Positions 47,186 to 61,684 of a stretch of 64,000 nucleotides of DNA are shown piece by piece. A model generated the notes under the pieces. It did not search any database, had not been told where the DNA came from, and worked only from the letters and a program-made list of their open reading frames with translations. The stretch is from contig OX638165.1 in the NCBI GenBank assembly GCA_951804945.1, forward strand, positions 27,528,001-27,592,000, given 5' to 3'. The position numbers and the translations under genes are program-made. Position 1 is the stretch's first letter. Each line of letters opens with the position of its first letter. The stretch is from Podarcis cretensis (taxonomy: Eukaryota).

Positions 47186-50100
47186 AGTTATCCATTCCCT
47201 CCCGCACCACACACTGCAAGCCGAAAACCCGATTCCATCCTCTCATAAAAAGGGTGTTGCCTTGTATGGTCTTTATAAGCTTCTCTGGTTTTCCTGGCAT
47301 TTATTATTTCTGACGCATATCCCTCTTTAAGTTGAGCAGCCTGTACATCTTTTCATTGCAGTTTCAGTACAATGTTCCCTGCCTGAATCTGGAGAGCCAT
47401 TCCTGCCAGTCAGTGTGGACATTACTGAGCTAGATGGACCACTGGTCTGATTCAATAACCAGGCAGATTCCTGTGATCCTGACCTCACAACATTTGGGGG
47501 TCTGGAAAAACTTCTCTGTGTGGTGACTTAGACAGAAATGTGGAAACATAGAAGGCTTCCTTATGCTGAATTGTGACTTTTGGTCCGTTTAGCCTCTGTA
47601 TTGTCTACCCTGATAGGCAGCCACTTTCCAGAGTGTCAGCCGGAGGTGTGCCCAGCCTGCCCTTGGTCCTAGAGGCATCCTTCCTACTCCCTAACCATAG
47701 ATCACCTGGGCTGCTTACACAAAGCCCTAGTGGGCAGTCCTTGGAAAGGGCTCTAGTGACACCCCCTAGTGACACCTTCTGTCCTCTAACTGTATGGGCT
47801 CAGGTTGCTGCCACCCAGGCCCCCTAATTCCCCTTCACCATTGAACAAAGGCGCAGCTGGGTCTCCAGCAAAGCGGGCCGCGTGAGTGCGGTCTCCCCTG
47901 TAATCTGATAGGACGTGTGCACAGTGCGTGGCGGTGAGCTGGGCTCTGTGCGCAGCAAAAGGAATCTATTTTCAGCCCAAGAGCCTGATTAGGAGAGACA
48001 CAGAAGCCAAAGCAATGGAATCTTCAGTGAGAGAGAGAGAGAGAAATCCTTCTTCCTTCATTTCCTCCAAGATACCACTGTAGCTACTATTATATGATTT
48101 ATAGTGAGACAATTATTGCCCATGACAGTAAGAGTTGGATAGATGCCAATATTATGTAGAAAAAGGAAGCTTGCGGCATTAGATAACAAGTAATTAAGGT
48201 TGTTGTTGTTTATTAGACTTCTTCAACTAACAAGCACTTACCTCAAAGAATCCTCAGAATTGCTGTTTGTTCAGGGTGATGGGAATTGCAGTTTTGCGAG
48301 GGGGTAAACTACAGTTCCTGGGGGATGTATTTTACATTTATTATTCATATGCAGTCTTAATCCACTTTTCTCCCAACTCCTAATAGTGTGACTACTATTT
48401 ATTTAGAAACCCCATCATGAGTGGGCTAATGATGTGACTAACATACCATTCTGGTTTGGCCCTGAGAGGTCCGTGAGCCAGGTGTGATGGAAACAGGCGA
48501 CGCTGAAGTTGGTTCCTTCTCTGTGTGCATGTTCGAAATGCAGCTCCATCAGCCAGTGGTTTGCTTCAGTAGCCATTCTTCAGAGCGGGTGAGGGACTTG
48601 GACCCACTCCCGTTTCTGTTGGACTACAACTCCCAGAATCCTTGACCATGCTGCAAAAAGTTCCTTACTACAAAAAGTCTGGGTTTGGGGGAGATGGCAG
48701 CGCAGGCTTTTTGTGCAAGAGCGTAATCAGTGTTAACTGAGCAACCTGTATTTCTAGGAAACTTCTACAAAGAGAAGACAAAAGGTATAGAAAAGAGCCT
48801 CTGTACCATAAGTGTACCTGGGCAATTCCTGCTTGAGACACAAAGGACGTCCCTTTGTGACCTGGCACAGAGTTGCAGGTGCCACATAACTCTTCTTCTG
48901 AACTTGTAAGTAAAAAATATTTTATTGTGGCAGCACCCAGCCTTTGAGACTCCCTGTGTCTTGACATCAGGCAGGCACCTTCTCTGTTTTCTTTTCAGCA
49001 CCTATTTAAAATACATTTGCATAGGCACCCCTGTCCAAAACATATTTGCAAAGACACCCCTATCCAGATATGCAGAATGCTGAAATAAGTGTTAATCTAT
49101 TTTTGCTTACTGTTGATTTCAATAATCTCTTGAATATTTATCAATACCCATTTTAAAATGTTGTCTACTGAGAATTTTAATGTGTTGGTTTTTTTGTAAA
49201 CCACTTTGAGGGTTTTTTCTCCCTATCAAGTGGTGTATATATATTGCCATGAATTTTCTAAAATATACAATTATTAGCTCCCGTGGAGAACTCCCATCCA
49301 CCTTAATTCCCTAAAACCAGTTTACCTGGAAAGGAGTGGGGAGGTGGTCACCTGAGAAGGGATTTTGATTACTTTCCTGTGAAGTGTTCAGTCATCATCA
49401 CCACTCAGTGAGGCACAGGCAGAGGCAGAATGCCAAACATCTCAGGCCTCCCAAAGTACTTAACACCACTTAACTCCTGGGATAAGAGCAGAAATGGGGA
49501 GGGGGAGGGAAAGAGGAACTGGCACGCAGCTCCCACCTAGCAGGTGGTGAAGCAGGAAAGCAGATCTGCTGCCAACAAGTAGACTAGTTAGGAACACATC
49601 TCACAAGATGGAAGAAAAAGGGATTGAGGCAATATATGTCAGGGTGACAGATTCCCAATTCACACACAGGATGGATCTGTGATAGTTCCTACACTGTCCA
49701 AGCAAGTGGCAATCTTGAAATGAAACTTAAGTCCTCAAAATACAGGAAGTTGTCTTGTACTGAGTCAGACCCTTGGTCTATCTAGCTCAGTATTGTCCAC
49801 GTGGACTGGCAGCAGCTTTCCAGCATTTCAGGCAAGGAATACTCCCTGGCCCTACTTGGAGATGCTGCTGGGGATTAAACCTGGGACCTTCTGTATGCAA
49901 AGCAGCTACTTTTCTACTAAGCTATTACTCTTCCTCAGACTGTTAAAGATGCAGCTGTTTTCATCGAATTTCCCTCCTAAACAAATATGTTTAATACTTT
50001 TTCCCTGAAAGCCTTCATCCTCTTGTAGTGGTGAGTTCCATCAGTTAATTAAGCATTCTATGAAGAAACTTTTCTCAGCCCTGCATGACACATTGCACCT

Positions 50101-53100
50101 GCCCAAATTCCTTCTTCTACACAACTGTTCAGGTGCCCTCTTACCATCCTTCACAATCAGTCGCCTTGCCTTGCACAGGATTTGCTTTAACTGGAGTGGA
50201 AGGGAGTGGTTGAGGCTGCATCACAAATAATGAACAGATTATTGTCATTTCTACCAGACTCCCAGTAAATGGCAGCAGTCTGTTGTATTAAATATATGAA
50301 TCTCCCTTCCTACAAGTCTCAAGGGAATTTACACTCATACAATAAAAACAATTAAAAGCGGGTTTAAAACAATAGAAAAAGACAACTAAGGATTTTAAAA
50401 GCTAATAAAAACCAAAGCAAAGACCCCAAAAGAACAAATAAAGCATAAAACTGGAAAAGCTTATTGGAACAAAAATGTCTTCAATTCTTTCTGGAAAGAC
50501 AGGTGAAAAAAGGAAGGGGTAAAAAATGTATGGAGAGACCATCCTGAGTCAGTTGCACTTCAGTTGGCCAAAGGGGACCCATCTAGTCCAGCAATTCCCT
50601 CGGCCCAATTTATTTTCAAGCCCTCCAAGTTGGTGGACATTGCTTCATCTTATGGGAGTGAAGCCCACAGTTTTAGCTATGTGCCGTGTAATAGAATCAT
50701 AGAGCTTTCTTTTGTTCATCTGGAATCTTCCAACATTCAGATTCATTGGATGACCCCATTAGGTTCTAGGGAGAGAAAAAGCTCTCTGTAGAAATTCATA
50801 AGGGAAGCAAGACCATCTCAGAACAGTTCTCCTTCAGCCAGATTAAGACCGAGTCTTATCCACGGAGCAGAGTGTTGTAACTACTCTCCTGGGACCCTTT
50901 GAAAGCCTTTCTTTCTGTCTGCGACCATCTATATTCTGCCCTGCGGGGATTTTCTCAGTGCTCCTGTTTGCACTGCTAGATGTGACCTTTTCATGCAGCA
51001 TATATCACAAATCATAACATCCACACTTTGTTCCATGTTTTCACAAAGCCTGTGGCCCTTTTAGCAAATGCCAACAGTACCGCAGTTATTTGGTTGAGGA
51101 CGCTGGTGGGAGAATGAGATTGGGACAAAAGGCATGCCCCTGGGAGGAAGGCAGTGCAAACATGCCCAGAGGGTCTACAAGAATACAAACGGAGGAGCAT
51201 CCTTCTGGCAACACCTGCACATGATACCATCACCTGGTCAGCCAAAGTGTGGTCAAATTGGCTGTTGTTGTTGCTGGCGTTTACATAAGTCTTTGTGATT
51301 ATGGGAAGGCAACCAATATCCTTTCTGCATGGCTGTTCCACCAAAAGCATATTTTTTCATCCTAAAATAACCTCGACTGAACACACAAAACAATCTGGCT
51401 AAAATTAAAACAGCCATTTGAAGCCTCCGTCTGCTGTTGCCTGAAGCTTTTTTGTCATCCTCCCCACCACCCCCTTTCCTCATTCTCCAAGGTCACTGAA
51501 ACAGAAATGAACATCCGCATTTGGGCACATTGTCCTGGAGCCTAATGGACTAAGAAGGATTCCATGTGAGCCCCTGCGGCCCTGTCACCCCACACACTTG
51601 CTTTGTCTCAGACCCATGGCCTCAAACAAACCCCATCTCTGACCCTTGTTGCTAAAGATAAAAGCCTTTTTCTAGAGTTCTTATTCAACCTCTAGCCTTA
51701 CAAGCCAGGTGCTAATTAGATAATTCAAAAATCTGCATTTTTCAAAGCCATTTTGTATACGCACACACGCACGCACGAACATCCCAGCCCTCTGGATTCC
51801 CCTTCTGAAAGAGCATCTGTTCCTTCTGCTCAGTGGACCGGTCGGTGGGTGGGGGTACACACACGATAAGCCCGTCATCCCATCTGCTTAAAAAGGTCCA
51901 CAGATGTAACTGAACTCTCCAATGCTTTCGGTCACATGGGTAGCATTCAGAGCCTGAGGTCACAGGACAAAATTCCACTTGGGTCCTGTTCTGTGTTCTT
52001 AGCATGGTTGATGTTTAGTTGAGCCACTTGCATGCAGCAGCTGGCCTGGCCTAGCTGGGACTCAGTCATGCTTTGTGCAAAAAAAGAGGAACGTATTTGC
52101 ACAAAAAAATGGCATGTGTACATTCGTATGTGCAGGTGGAAATTTAGAAACAATTGCTATAATTTAAAAGTGAAAACTAAAAAGTTCCATAGACTTCACA
52201 AATCTGAAAATGCCTTTGAGATAGAAAGGTGCCATAGACTGAGTCAGACCATTGGTCCACCTAGCTCAGTACTGCCTACACTGACTGGCAGAGACTCTTC
52301 AGAGTTTCAGAGAGGAGCCATTCCCAGCCCTACCTGGAGATGCCCTTGGGGATTGAACCTGGGACCTTCTGCACACAAGACGGATGCTCTACTAATGAGC
52401 TATGGCCCTTTCCTTTCCTTCTCAAAGCCATTGGTCCATAAATCTATTATTCACACAGCTCAGAGGGATATGGCAGGAAGACAGGCAGCCTGGCATGACC
52501 TTATCTAATCCATTCCTCCCAACATGGGCTTCCAGCAGGGCAGAAGTAACCTTTGGAGAGATGAAGCACAGTAGCCGCGGATTGGCTCCATACTGGGCTG
52601 AGGCTCTGATTGGTAGCCAGAGGGCCCTCAGCTTGTGCTGGTGTCAGCTTAGTGCCCAAAAGATGCCAATCACTGACAAGCCAGGGTGCACAAATCTAAA
52701 ATGTGTGTTTGAGCAACCTCGACAAAGACCTAGCCATCTGTCTCTTCCAGCCTCAATCAAATCCCAGCCATTACATACCACCAACAGACTAGAGGGTTTT
52801 TTTTTGGGGGGGGGGGTTAGACTGCAAAGGGGATGCAGCTAACAAGTATTGGTTGAAAGGGGGGGAACCCACACACCCACCTTTTCATTCTGCCTCTGAG
52901 TCGATTTGGCAGTTCAGGATTTGCACATTAGAACCCATTGGGAATCTGGTTCAGAGGGAGGAAATGTATTGAAGGAGCATCCTCTAAAATTAGGCCAAAG
53001 AAGACATTGAGCCTCAGAGGCACCCAATCCACTTGGGGGGGGGAGGTTTGCTTTAAAAAATATGTTTAATATTCTCAGCTCTTTCAAGACATGTTTGCAC

Positions 53101-54797
53101 TTGAGTCAAAGGAGCTGGAAAGAGCTGTCACTTTTTCTAAGTCAGCTCTTCATCCAGGAAAAAGCAATGGCATCGGACAAAGAAATATATATTTTATTTT
53201 TAAAAACCCCAAATCTATCTTGTAGCCTTCGGTTGATGGACTCCACCAGCAGCCCTAGAGGGATGGGAGCTTGCAATGGCATCAAGGATGATTTGTGCTT
53301 GCTACCGGCAGGTCACACGCTAAGGCTGCTGGGCCCCTTGAGGAGCTGGATGTAGTTCATCACTCTAGTACTTAAATCAGGCACTGGACTGGAGGTGCCG
53401 ACCTGCTGCCCCTTGGATGGCACCCTCTGCATCCAAGCAGTTGATGTTATATCGCATGAACTCCTGATACCCAACCAATAGGGATGCCGTAGAAGCGAGC
53501 ACAGCGTTCCTTCTTGGAATGAACCCGGCTATTTTAATGGGAGATGATTTGGGCCCTGCGTTCTCCAACATCTTCTAGGTTGCCTGAAGCACAAGTTCTG
53601 TCTTCTGCTTCCGACACTATCTGTACTGTCTGGGTTTACCTTCCATCCGTCTCAAAACAACCCCCTTTCCTGCTGTATTTTCCCCTCTGCCCATCATGTG
53701 GTGATAACTAGAGATGTCATTCTGGCATTAGAGAAGCCAAAGAATCATTTTCTTTGTTCACCTTAAATCAGTTGTATGTCCCAGCACTCCCAAACCCAGT
53801 GCCTTTCAGAGGTTTTAGACCGGAACTAAGGATGGGGAGAACGCCTTGGCTCAATTCACATTTAGATGTGACTCTATCAAATTTACACTTAAATCCACAT
53901 TTCTCCGAATTTTGAGAGGCAGTTCTCCAATCAAATTCCTACACCTGCAATTCCTGCGGTGATTCTTGCATTCTTTAGTTGTGATCCCTGCATTGCAGGG
54001 GACTCGGCTAGATGGCCCTTTGGATTCTTCCAGCTCTACAATTCCTTGATTCTGTGATTCGATTAATATATACAAAAATGTGTATATCAGAGAGGAAGTG
54101 TGCAAGAGAGAGAGCATATAGGTTGTAGACTTATAAGAAAGTGCATGTAAGTTGCTTTAAATTGTTTTTAATATTGTGTTTTAAGGTTGCAGCCTGCCTT
54201 GGGACCTTCGGGTGAATGGTGGGTGATAAGTATAAAAATAAAAAATGTATTGGTGAAAATAGCATACACAAAAATGTGTGTATTAGGAGAAACTTGCACT
54301 AAAATGCTGTTGAATCATTGTGAAGACTTTTAAAAAATAATAATTGCAAACTGATATAGAAATGTTGAAAACTAAACTTGAAAATGAGAAATTGGAGTGA
54401 AACTGACAATTTCGCCTACCCCTAACTATAATTCCCATCAGCCCAAGCCAACATAGACTGCTCCCATAGCACACTGTATCATTTCTGGGATGCTATTGCC
54501 CTCCTGCCTCTGATGTGGGGCAGGGTATGGCCTCCATCTAGATGGGTTGCAGAGAAGAGCAAAGGGAGTCACACCAGAGTCCTTGCAGCATCCTGGTGCT
54601 CTCTCCATTCCCCCCACTTGGTAAAGTTGGCCATTTTACAAGTAAATAAGGTAAAGGTAAAGATAAAAGTGAATATCAAGCAGAGGCAGGGAATCTCTCT
54701 TATGAGCAGCCTTGCAGGGGTCGCATGCCAGAGGTAGGTGTGACCAGAAGCAAAAGTGGGAGGGGCAAGGGATGTGATTATTACCTTCTGTACAGAT

Positions 54798-55210
54798 AGG
54801 TAAAAGTAAAGGACCCCTGACAGTTAAGTCCAGTCGCAGACGACTCTGGGATGCGGCGCTCATCTCACTTTACAGGCCAAGGGAGCTGGCGCTTGTCCAC
54901 AGACAGTTTTTCCAGGTCATGTGGCCAGCATGACTAAGCTGCTTCTGGCGCAATGGAACACTGAAACCAGAGCAGTGCACGGAAACACTGTTTACCTTCC
55001 CGCTGGAGCAGTCCCACCAGAGCAGTACCTATTTATCTACTTGCACTTTTTGGCGTGCTTTTGAACTGCTAGGTTGGCGGGAGCTGGGACAGAGCAACGG
55101 GAGTTCACCCAGTCACAGGGATTCGAACCGCTGCCCTTCTGATTGGCAAGCCCAAGAGGCTCAGTGCTTTAGACCACAGCGCCACCCTTATCCCTGGCCA
55201 CCCGCGTCCC
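54798..55210 (-). mobile_element. Older Sauria-type SINE (different subfamily)
   Basis: Minus strand gggacgcgggtggc..ggttcgaatccc..cgactggacttaactgtcaggggtcctttactttacc; more diverged, small internal duplications. Confidence 0.85.
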
Positions 55211-58200
55211 TGATATGTTCCCAATAAAGTCAGTTTTCTATACCTCCCACCCTCATCTCTCCATCTTCCATCTAGACAAGCAGGAGGCATATCAGAGTTC
55301 AAGGATGCACTCCAATGACAAAAGCACTTGAGAATGCCAGAGCAGGGCCAGTGAGAAGTGTTGCTTGGGGAGACGTCAAGGGTCAGATAGAAAGGCCTGG
55401 AGGGGCACATTAGGTCCGTGGGGCTAAGGTTCCCCACCCCAGGCCCAGATATAAATGTTGGAATAAGCATTGCTCTGGATATCTAGTAACAACTTGCACT
55501 TTTTCCCCTGGCTGATGATGTTATAACACCATTACTTCCCAAATCCAGTCTGATGTGCTCTTTCCTATGACTCATAAGCTTCTCTTCTTAATAGCAATCA
55601 ACCTCTTCACGATTTTTCATCCGGGGGGTGGGGGGGAGAGGATTATCAAACTTTCTAAGTAGCTGAAGTAATTTTGCCTTGAGCCTTTGGTCTCCAGAAA
55701 AGCACTTGTGCCTAATTACCCCAAAATGGGGCACCTTGTCTGTCATGTCTTCTAGTCAGCTCAAGGATGTAAGGCCGCCCTGTCAGAAGCTTCTGCGCCT
55801 CTCAGGACACACTAATCCTTCTCCTCTTCCTGGCGCATTAAGGTTCCTGCATAAGTAACGGCAAGAGTGCCTTTCAGCCTTGCTTTTGCATAATTCCCAC
55901 AATGCAAAGCAGATTTGTTTCCCAAAATCATTAATAAGCAATAAGGAAGGGACATTATATAAGCTGTGCACTTGCTTTTCCCCCCTTGCTTTTTTTTTAT
56001 TAAAAAAAAGGAACCTCAATTCAAGTCCCTGCACAGCTAAGATGAAAGAAAATGCTGTCCAGGGAGGGACAGAGAAGAAGCAGATGAAGGATTAAGCTAA
56101 ATGCCACCATGGCTGAATTTGCATGTGATGCTTGGATAATACAACAAAGGGCACATCAAAATTCCCAGCAGGGAGGCCGGTAGGAAGAAGCCTGCATGGT
56201 GGTGGTGCAGAGACAGACTTGTGCCAATTTGGCTATAGAGCAGGGCTAGCCACCAGGGTGACCTCCATTATGTTGATGGACAGCAGCTATGTACACTTTA
56301 CCGACTTAAAGCACAGCTAGGCTGTTCCTTTGCTGTTCGTTTGCTGGGGAAATGCATCAAAACACAGTATTCCATAAGAAATGTCAAGATGGATCTATAT
56401 TGTTGCTAATGTGGTGCCTATACCATTTCCCAAAACAATGGTGGGAGTTCACTAGATGCAGCGTAAATGTGAGTCTGTATACAGCCTAATGCTCCCCCCA
56501 GCATGGTCATACTGGAGTAGAAATAACACTGGTCTGGTGGGAGCTATACATCTGTCCAACCATCTGGAGGGCAAAGGCTCAGTTAGAGAGTGATGTGCCG
56601 CCACCAATTCCTGTTGCCACATTCCCCTGCATTGCCTTTTGGTGTGGTGGCCAATGTAATAATGTAGCACCACATTGTTGTGATACAGTGTGCCTCTGAC
56701 CAGAGCAGCTGTCTTTTAAACCCCGCCACCACCAACAAAAATATTACAGTTGCTGGTACAGTGACTGAAAGGATTTCAGCATCATGTATGTGCTGCCATT
56801 TCATACCATTGCCAGCTGAAACCCTTTTTGGACAGACAGAGGTAATCAGAGTTGCCTGTGATATGGCAACCCGCCCAGGCTAGATTGCTGTAATGGCTGT
56901 CCTTGATGACTGCCCAGAAACTGTCACAATTGCTGAACTGGGACAGGTCTTTGGGACCACCATGCCACTTACAGAGCTCCGTTGGTGACTCCTGGTCAGT
57001 TTCTAAGCACATTTTGAACTATCGGTGCTTACTTTTGAAGACCTTTCCAGTTTGTTTGTTTGTTTGTTTGTTTGTGTACCACTTACACGCCCAACTGCCA
57101 TCTAAGTTAGACCACTGTAGCTCAGTATTCTCAAACAATGCCTGGCAGCAGGGTTTCAGGACACTCCCAGCCCAACCTGGGTTTCAGTAGGAAAGGCCTA
57201 ATTGCTTTCCATTTCAATCTCACCAGCACTCGATGGTAGCTCCTTGTTTAGTTTAGAGTTTTTGAAAGGTTTCAGAAATATTTTGCATTTAAATTGTACA
57301 TACCTTGTCCATGCCCCTGACAAAAAAGATGCACTTTAAAAAATATTAAATGCACAATTTGCAGTGCTTTTCAGCATATCCATCATTAAAGTAAATGTTT
57401 GCATGCATCTCTTATGTAATCTGTTTTTGTGCACCAGAATGTCTCCAGGATTTCAGGCAAGGTGCATTCCCAGCCTTACCTGAAGATACCACTGGGGATT
57501 GAATCTGGGACCTTCTGCATGCAGAGCAGATGCTCAGCCACTGAGCTATGGTCCTTCCCTTAAAAACAAAGTAAGATTCTAGCACTCAAGCTTCTGAATA
57601 AAGGGATGATTTAAATAGGAAGCTGTCTTATACACAGAGCAGAAGTGGCTTTCCAGGATTTCAGGCCTGGAATCTCCCAGGCGTTCCTGAAGGTGCTGGG
57701 GATTGAACATGGGACCTTCTGCATGTAAAGCAGAAGCTCCACACCAAACTATGGCCCTTTCCCCATAGATGTTGGAGACATAGGGCGATCCCTTCCTGTG
57801 TGTCAGCAACTGGGCGCAAAGGAGCAAGACCTGCTAGTGTTCTGAATGAATGACAGCCGTGGCAAGTAGCATTAATGAGCCGCTGGCTTGTTCCTAAATG
57901 GAAGATATGGGGGAAGGGAGTCACCTGTCAAGACTAATTTCCCTCCTAGTTTGCAGCAGCCCAGTGGGATGAGCATTTCCTTGCTATTTTGCTCTCCCTC
58001 ACATGTCTGAGCATGAGGAGGCCGCTGGGGAGGAGGAAGAGGAGCAGGCAGCAGCAGCATAGAGGCTCTGGGGGCCATCAGGAATAGGAGGGCAATTTAG
58101 CAAAATGATTAAATTACTGCAAACATTTATTAATAGTACCACCACTGCCACCCCCAGCTTCAGTTTCTCTCGGCTGCTCTTTGTCAGGGAGGGGGCAGCT

Positions 58201-59603
58201 CACACATAAGAGCATAATAGGAGCTTGTTGAATCAGGCCAATGATCCATCTGGTTCGGTATCCTGTTCTCACAGTGGCCAACCAGATGCCTGCAGGAAAC
58301 CCGCAAACGGGACCTGAGCACAAGAACTCCCTCCCTTCCTGTGGTTTCCAGCAACTGGTATTCAGAAGATTTACTGCATCTGACTAGGCATGCTAGCAGA
58401 ATGCTATTCACTCTGGAAACTGGAAGTTCCATTTAAAATGGGGTGGGATTGTCAGGCAAAGTAAGAGATCCAATCACAAGGAGCACAAACTCCCATCAAA
58501 TCCTGCCAACTCCAAAGCCTGGGGGAGTTGTGCATTGGTCTCAATTCCTTGGTTGAAAAATGGGAGAGTCAGTCTCAAAACCCCAAATTCAGACAGATTC
58601 CAGGTCCTTTGCAACCTCCTATAGGTGGTAAGTGGACCTCATTCCAGAGCTCACTTTGGAACTGAGTATTTTCAACACTGACACCAAGGCAAGGGACATT
58701 CCCAGTTCTATTTGAAGATGCTACCAGGGATTGAACCTGGGACCTTATATGTGCAAAGTGGATGCTCTTCTCCTGAGTTGCAGCCCTTCCAGTAATTTGG
58801 GTTCCCTCAGTCCCCTTTGGTTGTTTATACACTTTAGCACTGGGGCATTGCTTTGCCACAATAGCTGGAAATGGAATTGCAATAGAAATTCCAAAGACAC
58901 AGAAGTTTAATGTCATGCCATAATGCAGCAGCAGCAGCAATGCCTTTCCCTGTGGCCACATCCTCTTATAGTGTTTACTTATAGATAAAACCTGTTTAGC
59001 AAAGGTCCAGGGCAACTTTAATTAAAAGCTTGTTGTTTGCAGGTTCGGTCTGTTTTATTTCTGCCTATTTATCCCTGCTAGGGGATTAGTTATTATTTGC
59101 CCCCCTGGAACAGCCTCTCTCTCAGAATTGTCCCCAATGTCAGTTTGCATTCCTGCATGTGAGGAGGTTTTAATGAAATAGTCACTTTTCATATTGAAAT
59201 TGTGCTATTAAAAAGAAAAGAAAAGAAATGGGAGGAAATAAATAATTAAAGCCTGCTTACACACAGGAAGAGAAACTGAAGCTAAGGCAATTCAGAGAGA
59301 GGTAGTTCCAGCAGGCAATTCATAAGCTGTTTACTTGCAATCACACTGATGTTCTCAATAAGAAGCAAGTAGGATAATTTTCTTTGAAAAGCCTCAAAAA
59401 CATTTTTGTGCAGCTGGAATGTTTTGGCCAGTTTGGACTGTGTGGAATGTGATAATGCCTCTTGCTTGCATGGATGAAGAACAAAGGTGTGTGAGAGTGT
59501 CTTTAGAATTTTTCATTCTGTAAAAAGGTAAGAATTGCATCCATTGCTCCACCCACTTTTGCCTCTGGCCCTGCCCACCACTGGCATGTGGCCCCCAGAA
59601 GAT

Positions 59604-59685
59604 TACCCAGAAAGCAATGTGCTCCTCAAGCAATGTACCCAGAAAGCAATTGGGTACATTGGGTACCCAGAAAGCAATGTACCCT
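59604..59685. repeat. Local direct plus inverted micro-repeat cluster
   Basis: tacccagaaagcaat three times with an interposed inverted ttgggtacattg. Confidence 0.7.
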
Positions 59686-61555
59686 GACCTAAAACCTTCT
59701 GCAGCCAATGTCATGAATATAGTTTGAATCCATTTTGGGTTTCACCCCAAGAATTTGTGGACAGAGGGTGTCTTATGAATGGAGCTTTCCCCCCCACACA
59801 CACCTTGTTGGGCCAGGCCACTGCTATTGGGAGAAGAGCCATATGTTTGGCCCAGTGGTTTGGGGAGCGCCATGGAGTTGGCAAAACTGACTCATTCGAT
59901 CTCAGCGGCTCATTTGGGAGCTGCAGGAAGAATCTATTTATAATCAGGCCTTTCAGGTTCGATGCTTAAAAAGAAGAAGAAGGGCAGCTTCCGGTCCCAC
60001 CTGCCTTAATGGAGGCAGCCCCCACGACAGCGGGGGATTGTTGGTGAACAAAAATGAGGATGACAGAGGGTAAATCATCCTTGTAAATTCCCTCCAGGGA
60101 CAGGAGGAATGGGCTTCACTCACAGTTCGTCTCGATACCTGGCTCTCACTATGGCATGGAATGTGGGATGCAGGGAGACGCTGAGTGCAAAAGCACTTCG
60201 CCTGGTGAAAACCCTCCCATGCCACCATTAAGAAGCAGAGGTTCTCCATTAAACCGGATCTTTAATTGGTTTTAAAGTACCGGCACATGATGGAAAAGGG
60301 TTGCAACAACATGCTACTGAATATATCAGCTACATGTATCAAAGTTTTGAATTGAGATAAGATTTTCTCCAGCATGAGAGTCAGTTGGGGAGAGGGAAGC
60401 TCACAGTTTGTTTATTCTAGGCTTCTTTTTTATATTTATGATTCGGCAACCCTTTCTGGAATATAAGATAAAAAGATACAAGTGAGGAAGGAACGTTGGA
60501 GCAATATTGATATTAACAAGCAAAAATGAAAACTGTGTGATCTGAAATGAATAAAGGAGGGGGAGGGGAAGCTCAAGTATGACTGTGTTGGAAAGACAGA
60601 GTAATTCCCCTCAACTGCGTTTAAAAACAACAGACAAGGAAAAAGAGATTGAGAGTTGTGGCAGAATGTAATCTAAGATAAAGTTTAATTGGGCCATAAA
60701 TCTCTTGCTGGAAGGAAAACAATTTTGGGGCTGTGATAAGTACGCTGAATGGATTCTGGGAGTTGGAAAGGAGTATTAAATCTTCAGTGCGTTCGAAAAC
60801 TGCCCACCTTTTTCTAGGATGAGGGAAGATCTGCAACATGTTTTACTAGTGAGACAGAATGGTTTCTAGCAGACTGTCGCCTGTTCCAAAACACCGAAGC
60901 AAGGGACAGAGAGATAAGATCTCTGAGAAACTTTGAGATTCATTTCTGCCCCAAGCCACGATGGGAGAAAACAGCAGCTGGGAAGTGAAAGAGACAACAC
61001 CATATATGGACAGTAGGAATCTCCATGGATATAACAGTTTTCACATACAGGGCAGAATAAAGATAATAGTTTGAGTTCCTCACTTAAAGTTTTATAAATT
61101 TATATATTGTAACATCACGAATGGAAATCATTAATTATGTAGCTGTTGACTAAGGGATTATTATTATAACTGAAATGTAACTGACATTAATTAAGATTAT
61201 GGAATGCAGTGATATAAGATCAGAAATGCACCAAAACCATCGTGTGGGGAGCCACTTTAACGAAAATGTATTAATTGGAAGTTGATTGGCACTTTAATAA
61301 TTGTATAATTTGGGAATTAATTGTTATTGTTATAATTTGGCTATTATTGGGGGTATATTGGAAAACGAAATTATAAAGAAGAACAAGGAGTGCCTTCAAT
61401 TCCAGAAGAGTTGCTTTGCATCCAAAAATAATAAGAAGGTGGAATATTCAGCCCCTTCACCATACTGGATGGGCAAACATACAGCCAACTCAGTGTCAGT
61501 TCCCACCCATTCCACCCTGGCAATATGAGGAATAATAATTCTGGCTTAATTTACT

Positions 61556-61684
61556 GGGGCGTGACTAGCCTTTGGGCCTCTATATGTTGCTACACTACAA
61601 CTCCCATCATCCCTGACCATTGGCTGCACTGGCTGGGGCTGATGGGAGTTGAAGTCCAAAAAAATTCTTGGAGGGCCACCCCTC
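61556..61684. mobile_element. Palindromic MITE of the actacaactcccatca family
   Basis: actacaactcccatcatccctgaccattgg..ggggctgatgggagttgaagtcc. Confidence 0.65.
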
